Positions 9,678-18,132 are shown, numbered from the stretch's first letter. The stretch is DNA of 32,000 nt from Pseudomonadota bacterium (GCA_018242105.1 JAFECP010000013.1:40650-72649), one strand, 5' to 3'. Numbers and translations: made by a program. The notes: a model not told the origin generated them from the letters alone.

Positions 9678-10034
9678 CTAATGACCCGATTGGTGCAGAA
9701 TCTCATGCCCAAGACCGGTGTCGTAGGTTAGCCCGTCCGGTGTCAGCGTGATGCGATGCGGCCAGTCGCCCCGCGCCACGCCCTTGCGGGTGAGCGCGTT
9801 CCAGACCTTTTCATTGAAGAGACCTGTCGCATCGCTGCCGCGCACCACCGCGTCGCCCAGATGAAAATGATCGCCATGAGCCGGCGGAAACCGCTCAATC
9901 GTCGCTTCGCCGGGGCCAGGCCCGGCGACCGCGCCGCCAGGCGCACGCACCATGGCTTGCAGCAAGGTGAGCGTGCGCAACTGCAGCGGATTGAGTTTCA
10001 GCGGGTTCTGCTTCGGCGCCATTCCATTCCCCAT
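9678..10034 (-). CDS. Hypothetical protein (118 aa), apparently translationally coupled to the upstream CoA-transferase
   Basis: Track ORF 9678..10244 was trimmed to ATG 10034..10032 (MGNGMAPKQNPLKLNPLQLRTL...), which shares one nt with the upstream stop (TGATG). Third-position GC looks coding-like. No recognisable domain. Confidence 0.5.
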   Translation of the reverse strand: MGNGMAPKQNPLKLNPLQLRTLTLLQAMVRAPGGAVAGPGPGEATIERFPPAHGDHFHLGDAVVRGSDATGLFNEKVWNALTRKGVARGDWPHRITLTPDGLTYDTGLGHEILHQSGH

Positions 10035-11470
10035 CAAATCTGCCAGCGCGGCTGATCCGCGCCTTGTTCCGGCGGCGGCATTCGCCAGACCGGTGGCGTC
10101 TTCGACATCCGCACGACCGGCGCCAGATGAACCAGCCGCCCGCGCGTCGTTTCGCATGACTGGAAATATCCGTCGAGTCCCGCCGCCGGATTCCAGTTCT
10201 CCGGTATCCGGCCGGGCTCGCTGCGCGCCAGCGATTGCAGCCATTGCGCCGTGGCGCAGAGCGAGACTTCCACGCGCCAGCTTCCGCCTTCCCGGATGCG
10301 CCGGAGCAGCGCCGCGATGGCGCCGGCCGCCGCCAGATAGCCGGTGATGTAGTCGCAGGCCGCCGCCGGGACGAGCTTCGGTACAGCGTCCTCACCATAG
10401 CGTTTGGCTGTGAACGCGCCCTGCTCGACCGCGATGCCTGTCGCGCTTTGGGCGAGTTGCTCCCAGCCGCGGCGGTTCGCCCATGGCCCTTCGCTGCCGT
10501 AACAGCAGATCGCGACATGGACGATACCCGGAGAAAGCTCCGCAAGCGCCTGCGGCGAGAATCCAAGTTTCGCCAAAGCGCCGGGGCGATAAGAATCGAT
10601 GAAGACATGCGCATCGCGAACCAGCGCGCGCATGGTTTGCGCATCATTGGCTTTCGCAAGATCGAGAAACGCCGATCGTTTGCCGAGGCCTGTATCCAGA
10701 TCGAAGAGCGCGATGGTCGGCAACCCCGGCGCGCGGATGCCCAAAACATCCGCACCATAGGATGCCAGCGTTCGGCCTGCCGATGGTCCAGCGAGAACGC
10801 GCGTGAGATCGAGCGTGCGGATGCCGTCGAGCGGCGTGGCGGAATCCGCGAGCCGCAATGGCGGCGCATCGCCAATCCGCACAAGCTTTATGGGTGGCGC
10901 GTCCGCGAGAGCACGGCCTTGCGGTGAGGTGCGCCATTCTTCCGCGGTGCGGACAACCGCGCCGCACAGATTCCTGCCGGCCAGCGCGTCTTCCAGTTCG
11001 AATGCGTTCCATTTCGCCACGGCGGCGGCGAGGCTTTCCGGCGTATTCTGTGCGCCCAGCAATTCCAGCGTGCCGCGTTCCAGATGCGGAAAGCCGCCAT
11101 GCAGATGGATGTGATGGCCATCGCCAGCGCAATAGATGCCGACCGTGACGTTGCTCTCGGCGGGGCGCGGCACAGGATTTCCGTCCAGCCGCAACAATGC
11201 GAAGGACAGCAGAGACGAAGCCGCAGCACTCAGATCGACGCCGATATCCTGCCGCGTTCCGCTGCGGCACTGCCAGATTTCATCGGCTGCGGATGCGCCA
11301 AGCCCCAACGCAGCGGCAGCCGCGCCCGCCACGCAAAACGGCGTGGGCAGCAAGGGATCGTCGCCAGAGAATTCGGGCGGGCGCAGCGGTGCAATGCCGA
11401 CGGTCCGGTTGAGCGATGCGAAAGCTTCGGCGGCGATCATGCTTTTCCCCGTTTTCGCGGTATATTCCAT
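10034..11470 (-). CDS. Family III CoA-transferase (CaiB/BaiF type) with a ~210-residue N-terminal extension
   Basis: The signature LDGIRTLDLTRVLAGPSAGRTLASYGADVL lies about 210 residues from the N-terminus, followed by DSYRPGALAKLGF and a typical C-terminal part. The track start 11488 is TTG. The first ATG is 11470 (MEYTAK). ATG 11440 (MIAAEAF) has a GGGGAA purine tract upstream. The start is therefore uncertain. Confidence 0.78.
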   Translation of the reverse strand: MEYTAKTGKSMIAAEAFASLNRTVGIAPLRPPEFSGDDPLLPTPFCVAGAAAAALGLGASAADEIWQCRSGTRQDIGVDLSAAASSLLSFALLRLDGNPVPRPAESNVTVGIYCAGDGHHIHLHGGFPHLERGTLELLGAQNTPESLAAAVAKWNAFELEDALAGRNLCGAVVRTAEEWRTSPQGRALADAPPIKLVRIGDAPPLRLADSATPLDGIRTLDLTRVLAGPSAGRTLASYGADVLGIRAPGLPTIALFDLDTGLGKRSAFLDLAKANDAQTMRALVRDAHVFIDSYRPGALAKLGFSPQALAELSPGIVHVAICCYGSEGPWANRRGWEQLAQSATGIAVEQGAFTAKRYGEDAVPKLVPAAACDYITGYLAAAGAIAALLRRIREGGSWRVEVSLCATAQWLQSLARSEPGRIPENWNPAAGLDGYFQSCETTRGRLVHLAPVVRMSKTPPVWRMPPPEQGADQPRWQI

Positions 11471-11506
11471 CAAACGGCCGCGCGGCAATCGCGGCAGCAG
11501 GGAGTG

Positions 11507-12709
11507 ATGCGCGTGGCGGGTCCGTTACAAGGAATTCGTGTCGTCGATTTCGGCCGCTACATTGCGGGACCGTTCTGTGCGGCTTTGCTGGGCGATCTTG
11601 GCGCCGATGTGATCCGCGTGGAGAAGCGCGACGGCCGCGAGGATCGTACGCTGGTCTCGCTCGGCGAGAGAGAAGACGGCAGCCCGCGCGAAGGCGCGAT
11701 GTTCCTGCAGATGAACCGCAACAAGCGCGGCCTGACGCTCGATCCCGCACACGAAAAAGGCCGCGATGTCGTGCGCCGCCTGATCGCACAGGCCGATGTG
11801 GTTATCGCCAATCTGCCCGGTGAAACGCTCAAAAGCCTTGGCCTCGATTACAACAGCGTGTCCGCGATCAATCCGCGCGCGATTCTTGGCGTGGCGACCG
11901 CGTTCGGGCTGGAAGGCCCCTATTCCAATCGCGTCGGCTTCGACGGCATCGCGCAGGCGATGAGCGGCGCGGCCTATTTCGCCGGCACCGAAGACCAACC
12001 CGTGCGCGCCGCCGTGCCGTGGGTGGATTTCGGGACGGCATCGTTGCTGGCGCTCGGCATCGTTTCGGCGCTGCGCGTTCGAGACGAGACGGGCAAAGGC
12101 CAGATGGTCGAAGGCGCGCTGCTGCGCACGGCGGCGACATTCTTCAGCCCCACCCTGATCGAAGAAGAAGTTCTGAAGCTCGGCCGCACACCCTCCCTCA
12201 ACCGCAGCCAGACGGCGGGCCCTTCCGATATCTTCAAGACAAAAACCGGATGGATCACGGTCGCGGTGAACGGCGATCCGTTGTTCCGGCGCGTGTGCAA
12301 GCTGATCGGCGCGACCGAATGGCTCGAAGACAAGCGCTTCGCGTCCGACAAGCTGCGCGGCGACAATGGCGAAATCATTTCCGCGCGGGTGGCGCAATGG
12401 TGTTCAACACGCACCAGCAACGAAGCGATCACGGCCTTCGAAGGCGCGCGTGTTCCCGCCGGCCCGGTCTATACGATGCGCGAAGCGCTGGACGACCCGC
12501 ATCTGAAGGCGAGCGATATTCTCACCACCGTGGATTTTCCCGGCATCGGCCTGGCGCCCATCGCCGCGACGCCCGTGAAGCTCCACGGCACGCCCGGCGA
12601 AGTGCGCCGCCGCGCGCCGGAACTGGGCGAGCATTCCGATGAAATCCTGCGCGAGCTTGGATACTCGCCGGCGCAGATCGAGGATTTGAGAACGTCCGGC
12701 GTGGTTTGA
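11507..12709 (+). CDS. Family III CoA-transferase (CaiB/BaiF type), 400 aa
   Basis: This is the last 400 codons of track ORF 11084..12709. ATG 11507 gives MRVAGPLQGIRVVDFGRYIAGPFCAALLGDLGADVIRVEKRDG, the canonical N-terminal family III motif. Later motifs include ANLPGETLKSLGLDY. The upstream part of the track ORF is antisense to the neighbouring gene. Confidence 0.88.
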   Translation: MRVAGPLQGIRVVDFGRYIAGPFCAALLGDLGADVIRVEKRDGREDRTLVSLGEREDGSPREGAMFLQMNRNKRGLTLDPAHEKGRDVVRRLIAQADVVIANLPGETLKSLGLDYNSVSAINPRAILGVATAFGLEGPYSNRVGFDGIAQAMSGAAYFAGTEDQPVRAAVPWVDFGTASLLALGIVSALRVRDETGKGQMVEGALLRTAATFFSPTLIEEEVLKLGRTPSLNRSQTAGPSDIFKTKTGWITVAVNGDPLFRRVCKLIGATEWLEDKRFASDKLRGDNGEIISARVAQWCSTRTSNEAITAFEGARVPAGPVYTMREALDDPHLKASDILTTVDFPGIGLAPIAATPVKLHGTPGEVRRRAPELGEHSDEILRELGYSPAQIEDLRTSGVV

Positions 12710-14125
12710 TCAGGCGGCGGCAGGCATGGCCGCGCGGCCGCGGCGGCGCAGCAGATCGGCTTCTTCCTGGCTGAAGATAAGTGCCGCCATTTCCACGGTG
12801 AGATGGAAATAGGCTTCCGCGTTGAGCCGCCGGTCGCCCGTTGCCGAACGCAATTCTTTCAGCAGATCCTCTGTGTAACTCTTGAGCATCGATCCGATTT
12901 CATCGCTGGCTTCCTTGTTGCTGGCGCCGAACGAAGCCGCGGCCGCGAAATGACGGCAGCCCGACACCAGGCGCGCATAGGTGACGGCGCGATCCGATTT
13001 GTCGGGGTCGGTGTGATGCGCCAGATCGGGCGTGCGCGGTCCGCCGGCATAGCTTCCTGACTTGACCGTGGGCAGCGCGGCCGAAACTTCCTTCACCGCG
13101 CGCTCCATGAAGCCATCCATGACTTCGGCGACAGCGGCGCGGTCGCCCAGCAGGCGTTGGCCCCATTTTCCGTTGCGGCGCATTTCGATGGCTTTCACCA
13201 TGCCGGTGGAGAGCGTCGTGAAATTCGTCAGATGGCCCACCAGCTCGTCGGCATCGAAATGCTGCGCGCGTGTGGCGCGGATCATCGAGGTGTAATATTC
13301 GATATCGCCGAACAAAATCTCGCCGACCAAGCCCATGTCCGTCGAGCTGATGAGCGTGTCCTGCGACTGGCGCGTGACGTTCATCGGCAGCTTCAAGGCT
13401 TCCCACGGACGCTCCAGCCGCTGCATCGCCACCACGGCGACATAGGGCGCGGCTTCCGGCACCGAACCCGCGAGGCGGTCGTAGATCTCCCGCAGCTTCC
13501 AGACGAAATCCTCCGTCAGGCTGGGCAGCGGCTTGGGGATTTTCGATTGCAGATCCAGAATATCGCTTCCGACCGACAGCAGAACCGCCATCTCGCGGGC
13601 GTCTTCAATCACCAGATCGGTTTCCAGAACGGTGCGCGCGGCTTTGCGGCCGCGTTCGCTATCCAGTGCGGAGAGGATGGCTTGCGCCGCCACTGTCCAA
13701 AATTGCACCGCCGGGCTCATCGTCTCATCGTGGCGGCCGGAAAGAACCGATGTCTTCACGCCTATGGAAAAAGACGCGGCGGCATCCGGCGCGAGCGTTT
13801 GCGACACCCAATTCCAAACCGGCATGATGGAGCTGCGCGCGATGCGGCCCTTCTGCTTCTGCATGCGCGGCGTCATCGACAGCAGATCTTCGAATGGCCG
13901 GCAGAACAGGCGAAGCGGCGTCGCAGCCCGGTCGTAGGACTGTCCGCGGCGCAGAACCGGACGAAGGCCGTCGAGAATAAGTTCGTGCGGGAGCAACTGG
14001 CCTTCGTTCAGCCGGTCGATCTCGATGGCTTTCGCGAGACGCGAGGCGACAAGCGGCGGCAACGCCCCCAGCAAACCCTGAAGCTGTTGAGTCTTGTTCG
14101 AATCCATAGTCCCGGCATTCCCCAT
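12710..14125 (-). CDS. Conserved hypothetical protein, 471 aa, apparently all-helical, no recognised domain
   Basis: Long uninterrupted ORF starting at ATG 14125 (an alternative ATG is 14107, MDSNKTQ). Amino-acid composition looks coding-like. Its stop codon directly abuts the stop of the convergent CoA-transferase gene (12709/12710). Confidence 0.7.
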   Translation of the reverse strand: MGNAGTMDSNKTQQLQGLLGALPPLVASRLAKAIEIDRLNEGQLLPHELILDGLRPVLRRGQSYDRAATPLRLFCRPFEDLLSMTPRMQKQKGRIARSSIMPVWNWVSQTLAPDAAASFSIGVKTSVLSGRHDETMSPAVQFWTVAAQAILSALDSERGRKAARTVLETDLVIEDAREMAVLLSVGSDILDLQSKIPKPLPSLTEDFVWKLREIYDRLAGSVPEAAPYVAVVAMQRLERPWEALKLPMNVTRQSQDTLISSTDMGLVGEILFGDIEYYTSMIRATRAQHFDADELVGHLTNFTTLSTGMVKAIEMRRNGKWGQRLLGDRAAVAEVMDGFMERAVKEVSAALPTVKSGSYAGGPRTPDLAHHTDPDKSDRAVTYARLVSGCRHFAAAASFGASNKEASDEIGSMLKSYTEDLLKELRSATGDRRLNAEAYFHLTVEMAALIFSQEEADLLRRRGRAAMPAAA

Positions 14126-14201
14126 CGAAACACAGGCATAGCCCGTATTTCCGGTTCTATGACCCTAATACCGTACCGTTAACGGGGCCTTGCAAGATGA
14201 T

Positions 14202-15617
14202 TCAAATGATAGCGGGCAGGGCCAGCCGGGCCTCGAATCCGCCCATGGAACTGCGCCCCAGGCTAAGAGAACCGCCATAAAGACGGGCAATATCGCGGAC
14301 GATGGCGAGGCCGAGGCCGGAGCCGGGAATGCTTTCGTCCAGCCTTTCCCCCCGTTCGCCGATGCGGGAAAGCTCGTCCAGGCTGAGGCCCGGGCCGTCA
14401 TCGCCGACCACAATTTCCAGTAGTGTACCCGATATGCTACGCGCCGAAACTGCAACACGCGACTGCGCCCATTTGCAGGCGTTGTCCATCAGATTGCCGG
14501 CCATTTCTTCGAGATCCTGGCGTTCGCCGCGAAAGCACAAGCTGTTCGGATGCTCCAGCGCGATCGTGATCCCACGTTCGACATGGATGCGGCCCAGCAC
14601 GCGCGCAAGATCCTCGATGACGGGCGAAACTTCCGTGCGGTTGCCCAGCGCGTTCACCGCCCCGGCGGCGCGGGCGCGCGCAAGATAGTGATCCACCTGG
14701 CGCCGCATGGTGCCGACCTGCTTGATCACGCTATCCGCGAGCGGACCCGGTTGCGCGGAGGCTTCGGTGGTGATCACCGATAACGGCGTCTTCAGGAAAT
14801 GCGCGAGGTTGGACACATGAGTTCGCGCGCGCGCCACGACCTCTGCATTGTGCTCGATCAACCCGTTCAGCTCGCTTGCCAGCGGCGCGATCTCCCGGGG
14901 AAATCTGCCGTCGAGTTTGCGCGCGCGGCCATCGCGGATGCGGGCAAGCGCCTTGCGCAACTGGCGCAACGGCAAAAGACCGACGCGCACCTGTATGAAT
15001 ATGCCGCCAATCAAGCCCATCCCCAGCACCACAAACGACCACAACAGCGTCTCGTTGAAGTCCGCGACTTCATCTTCGACCTGGGTGGAATCGCCGGCGA
15101 CGAGAAAGCGATAATCCCGCGTGTCCTTCAGCGACGGTGTGTCGGCGATGGGAAATTTCACTTGCCGCGACACGATCCGCAGGCGTTGCCCCTCGGGGCC
15201 TTCGCCATGGCTCCATTCCACGCCATTGCGAGTCAGCGTGTCCGTAACCTTGATCGTATGATCCCAGAGCGAACGGGAAATCTGCGGCAGGCTCGCGCCT
15301 TTGCCTTCAGGCGCAATCTGCCAATACCAGCCCGAATAGACGCGCTCGAAGCGCGGATCGGTGAAACGTCCGCGGAGCGAGACTTGTCCGGCCGGCCCAG
15401 GCTCCGCGGCGGCGATCATGCCATCGAGGTCGAATTTCAGGCGTGCGTCGAAATCGCTTTCCACCGAAGACCGGAAAACGCCGGACAGGATGAAGCCGCC
15501 GACGACAAGCCCCAGGATCGTCCACACCGCCGCGGCAGCAATCAGCCGCGCCTGGAGGGAATCAAGCCTTGGCGCGATCTTCGTCCTGAGCGTTCGGATC
15601 GTCGAGGCAATAGCCAA
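14202..15617 (-). CDS. Sensor histidine kinase (periplasmic loop, HAMP, HisKA, HATPase)
   Basis: H-box SNLAHFLKTPLSVI, N-box GNLMDNACKWA, G-boxes GDDGPGL and GSGLGLAIV. TM segments AAAAVWTILGLVVGGFILSGVF and LLWSFVVLGMGLIGGIFI. The track start 15617 is TTG and overlaps the regulator gene by 56 nt. No ATG alternative lies upstream of TM1, so the start is uncertain. Confidence 0.82.
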   Translation of the reverse strand: MAIASTIRTLRTKIAPRLDSLQARLIAAAAVWTILGLVVGGFILSGVFRSSVESDFDARLKFDLDGMIAAAEPGPAGQVSLRGRFTDPRFERVYSGWYWQIAPEGKGASLPQISRSLWDHTIKVTDTLTRNGVEWSHGEGPEGQRLRIVSRQVKFPIADTPSLKDTRDYRFLVAGDSTQVEDEVADFNETLLWSFVVLGMGLIGGIFIQVRVGLLPLRQLRKALARIRDGRARKLDGRFPREIAPLASELNGLIEHNAEVVARARTHVSNLAHFLKTPLSVITTEASAQPGPLADSVIKQVGTMRRQVDHYLARARAAGAVNALGNRTEVSPVIEDLARVLGRIHVERGITIALEHPNSLCFRGERQDLEEMAGNLMDNACKWAQSRVAVSARSISGTLLEIVVGDDGPGLSLDELSRIGERGERLDESIPGSGLGLAIVRDIARLYGGSLSLGRSSMGGFEARLALPAII

Positions 15618-16251
15618 GGCCGCGCACCGTTTGAATCACGTTGATGCCGAGCTTCTTGCGAAGGCGGCCGACAAACACTTCGATGGTATTCGAGTCGCGA
15701 TCGAAATCCTGATCGTAAAGATGTTCCACCAATTCGGTGCGCGATACCACCTTGCCCTTGTGATGGGCGAGGTAGGAAAGCAGCCGGTACTCAAGGCTGG
15801 TCAGCTTCACCGGATTGCCGTCCACAATCACGCGTGACGCGCGCGTGTCGATCTTGAGCGGGCCGACATCGATTTCCGATGTCGCAAGACCGGCGGCGCG
15901 GCGCAGCAGCGCGCGCACCCGCGCCAGCAATTCCTCCGTATGGAACGGTTTGGCGAGATAATCGTCCGCGCCGGCATCGAAGCCGGCCACCTTGTCGCTC
16001 CAGCGGTCGCGCGCGGTGAGGATGAGCACCGGCATGGTGCGGTTCGCCTGGCGCCATTTTTCCAGAACCCGGACGCCATCCATCTTCGGCAAGCCCAGAT
16101 CGAGGATCACCGCGTCGTAGGGCTCCGTATCGCCGAGGAAATGCCCTTCCTCGCCGTCGCTTGCCGTGTCCACGACATAGCCCGCGTCGCTCAGCGCTTT
16201 CTTGAGAAGGCGCTGCAGATCGGAATCGTCTTCAACCAATAGAATGCGCAT
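15562..16251 (-). CDS. OmpR/PhoB-family response regulator
   Basis: MRILLVEDDSDLQRLLKKAL..., DAVILDLGLPKMDG, and winged helix LTSLEYRLLSYLAHHKGKVVSRTELVEHLY...IEVFVGRLRKKLG. ATG 16251 lies 3 nt after the stop of the upstream PepSY gene. Confidence 0.92.
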   Translation of the reverse strand: MRILLVEDDSDLQRLLKKALSDAGYVVDTASDGEEGHFLGDTEPYDAVILDLGLPKMDGVRVLEKWRQANRTMPVLILTARDRWSDKVAGFDAGADDYLAKPFHTEELLARVRALLRRAAGLATSEIDVGPLKIDTRASRVIVDGNPVKLTSLEYRLLSYLAHHKGKVVSRTELVEHLYDQDFDRDSNTIEVFVGRLRKKLGINVIQTVRGLGYCLDDPNAQDEDRAKA

Positions 16252-16254
16252 GTG

Positions 16255-16797
16255 TTATCCGCCGTGATGTCCGCGGCCGCCGCCACGCCCGCCATGATCT
16301 CCACCATGCCGGTCCGGACCGCCGTCCCAACCGTTTTGCCCCCCGTTCCAATTATGCTCGCGATTTCCTGAACCGTGCTCCCAATAGCCGCGCCCGCGAT
16401 AAAAATTGCCATCGCCACCGTTGTATTGGCCATTGTATCGGCCGCGCCGCGAGCCTTCGAAATCCGGCGGCGGCGTATCGGGCGGCGGCATGTTGTTGCG
16501 ATAGCCGCCGCGCTTTTTGCCGTGTTCGACCCCGAGCACACGCCCGGTGCGTGCATCGGTATCCAGCCAGATCACCCGGCCTTCCGGCGTCATCCATTTC
16601 AACCGGTAATGCGGATTGCCGCCCTCATCGTTGAAGGGACCGTCCGCATCGTAAAATGTTCCGGGATGATCGCGACGTATCTGCGGCAGCACCCGGTCCA
16701 GCGGCTGCACGTCCGGCGCGCGGCGCGGCTGAGCGATAGCAGGCTGCAAGCCCACTGCCACCACGGCCAAAAACGCCAGAAACACGAGCCGGAACAT
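16255..16797 (-). CDS. Secreted PepSY-domain protein with a Gly/Arg/Asn/His-rich low-complexity C-terminal tail
   Basis: Signal peptide MFRLVFLAFLAVVAVGLQPAIAQ. PepSY-like core YRLKWMTPEGRVIWLDTDARTGRVLGVE. The tail reads RGRYNGQYNGGDGNFYRGRGYWEHGSGNREHNWNGGQNGWDGGPDRHGGDHGGRGGGRGHHGG. It is the first gene of the PepSY-RR-HK unit. Confidence 0.75.
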   Translation of the reverse strand: MFRLVFLAFLAVVAVGLQPAIAQPRRAPDVQPLDRVLPQIRRDHPGTFYDADGPFNDEGGNPHYRLKWMTPEGRVIWLDTDARTGRVLGVEHGKKRGGYRNNMPPPDTPPPDFEGSRRGRYNGQYNGGDGNFYRGRGYWEHGSGNREHNWNGGQNGWDGGPDRHGGDHGGRGGGRGHHGG

Positions 16798-16826
16798 TGG
16801 GGTTTTCTAACTTTTCCGCGATGAAC

Positions 16827-16842
16827 GGCGCATGAATGCGCC
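16827..16842. promoter_or_regulatory. Perfect 16-bp palindrome upstream of the PepSY-RR-HK operon (candidate operator or 5' UTR hairpin)
   Basis: GGCGCATGAATGCGCC lies 30-45 nt upstream of ATG 16797. Function is not deducible from sequence. Confidence 0.25.
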
Positions 16843-17111
16843 ATCCAGAGTCCATTCAGCCCGGCAGGCGCAATCTTCCTCCCAGATGAATTGCTCTGCC
16901 GGTTTGAATTTTCACCATAACCGAAAGAGCAGCGGCCTTGAGGCCGGGTCTTGCGGCAAGCCCCTCCCCGTAAGGCACGTCGCCGTCAAGCGAGAGCCCG
17001 CATCGGAGAAATCCGGTGCGGGTCTCTCATATATGGTGCCACGCGGCCGAGACATGCCGCCTTTGGTATTTGAATTGCAAAATGCCGGGGGTACCCCCAC
17101 CCCCCTCTTCC

Positions 17112-17786
17112 TTATGCCGTTTCACGCACCGTCAGATATTCGCCCGCGGGTGCACGTTCGCTAACGAGGCCGTTCACCGGCGCGGATTCGTCGGCCACCC
17201 CGATGCCCATGCCGCAGAAGATCATCTCGTTTTCCGGCACATTCAGATATTCGCGGATCTGCGGATGAAACATCGCCCAGGCTTCCTGGGGGCAGGTGTG
17301 CAAGCCGTGTTCGCGTGCGAGCAGCATGATGCTTTGCAGGAGCATGCCCAGATCGGCCCATTGGCCCTGCTGCATCTGCCGGTCGATGGTGAAGATCAAT
17401 CCCGCCGGCGCGCCGAAAAATTCCCAGTTCTTCGAAAAGAATTTCAGGCGCGATGCCTTGTCTTCGCGCGGGATGGCCATGGTCGCATACATCTGCTCGC
17501 CGACGCGAAAGCGGCGCGTGCGATACGGTTCTGTGAGGTCAGGCGGATAGATGTGATATTCGGGCGGCGTGCCCATGGGATGTTGATTGCGGAATTCGGC
17601 GACGCGGCGCACCAGTTCGTCGCGCGCGGGGCCGATCAGCGCATAGACTTTCCATGGCTGCACATTTCCGCCCGACGGCGCGCGCGCAGCCTGCACGACG
17701 ATCGTCTCGATCGTCTCGCGCGAAACCGGATCGGATTTGAACGCACGAACGGTTTTGCGCGTGGCGAGTGCTTCGCTGACGTTCAT
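17112..17786 (-). CDS. Nitroreductase-family oxidoreductase (224 aa)
   Basis: The N-terminus MNVSEALATRKTVRAFKSDPVSRETIETIVVQAARAPSGGNVQPW is the classic nitroreductase-fold signature. ATG 17786 has GAGG 6 nt upstream. Confidence 0.88.
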   Translation of the reverse strand: MNVSEALATRKTVRAFKSDPVSRETIETIVVQAARAPSGGNVQPWKVYALIGPARDELVRRVAEFRNQHPMGTPPEYHIYPPDLTEPYRTRRFRVGEQMYATMAIPREDKASRLKFFSKNWEFFGAPAGLIFTIDRQMQQGQWADLGMLLQSIMLLAREHGLHTCPQEAWAMFHPQIREYLNVPENEMIFCGMGIGVADESAPVNGLVSERAPAGEYLTVRETA

Positions 17787-17817
17787 GGCGGCCTCAATGA
17801 AAACACGTCCAGCATGG

Positions 17818-17862
17818 CAAAAAGACCCGCCACGTCAATGCGAATGGAATTGACGCGGCGGG
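17818..17862 (-). terminator. Rho-independent terminator downstream of the 55-aa membrane protein gene
   Basis: On the minus strand: CCCGCCGCGTCAAT-TCCATTCGC-ATTGACGTGGCGGG (13 of 14 positions pair), followed by TCTTTTTG. Confidence 0.7.
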
Positions 17863-17894
17863 AAGTTGCCGATCTTAAGCGAAATGCCTGGCGA

Positions 17895-18062
17895 CTACGA
17901 CGCGGAGGCGGTCGAAACGCCGTGGCGCACGGTCATCGCGAGGATCGCCGGCACGACAAGGTTGATCGCCTGTTCCGGCGCGAGATTGCCGGTGAGAAAA
18001 CCGCCGAGCGCGCCCAGAATGGTGAGCACACCGGCGATATAGGTCTTGTATCCGGAAAGCAT
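17895..18062 (-). CDS. Small two-TM membrane protein (55 aa), of a type I associate with phage or GTA accessory genes. A holin-like role is only a guess.
   Basis: Track ORF 17895..18200 was trimmed to ATG 18062..18060, which has a near-perfect SD (AAAGGAGAAATCATG). Product: MLSGYKTYIAGVLTILGALGGFLTGNLAPEQAINLVVPAILAMTVRHGVSTASAS. Confidence 0.6.
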   Translation of the reverse strand: MLSGYKTYIAGVLTILGALGGFLTGNLAPEQAINLVVPAILAMTVRHGVSTASAS

Positions 18063-18091
18063 GATTTCTCCTTTTTGTTTGGATGGGTTGA

Positions 18092-18132
18092 TAAAAAAAT
18101 CGGCCGCGCGAACATTTCCGTCCGCACGGCCG
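18092..18132 (-). terminator. Rho-independent terminator immediately upstream of the small membrane protein gene
   Basis: On the minus strand: CGGCCGTGCG-GACGGAAATGTT-CGCGCGGCCG (9 of 10 positions pair), followed by ATTTTTTTAT. It ends about 30 nt before the SD of the 55-aa ORF. Confidence 0.65.

Noticed and set aside
15562-15617. 56-nt overlap between the response regulator and kinase genes, as a deliberate overlapping-gene feature
   Set aside because: It is most likely an artefact of the ORF finder choosing the farthest TTG. The true kinase start cannot be fixed from sequence, so no biological claim is made.
16961-16975. CCCCTCCCCGTAAGG, a possible degenerate half-copy of the nested-palindrome repeat in the PepSY upstream region
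   Set aside because: It is only a ~15-nt partial resemblance with no complementary arm. It is too short to distinguish from chance in GC-rich DNA.
17079-17098. GGGGGTACCCCC palindrome followed on the minus strand by GGCATTTTG, as a terminator for the nitroreductase gene
   Set aside because: The stem is only 4-5 bp once a loop is allowed, and the U-tract is short and displaced. Too weak to call.
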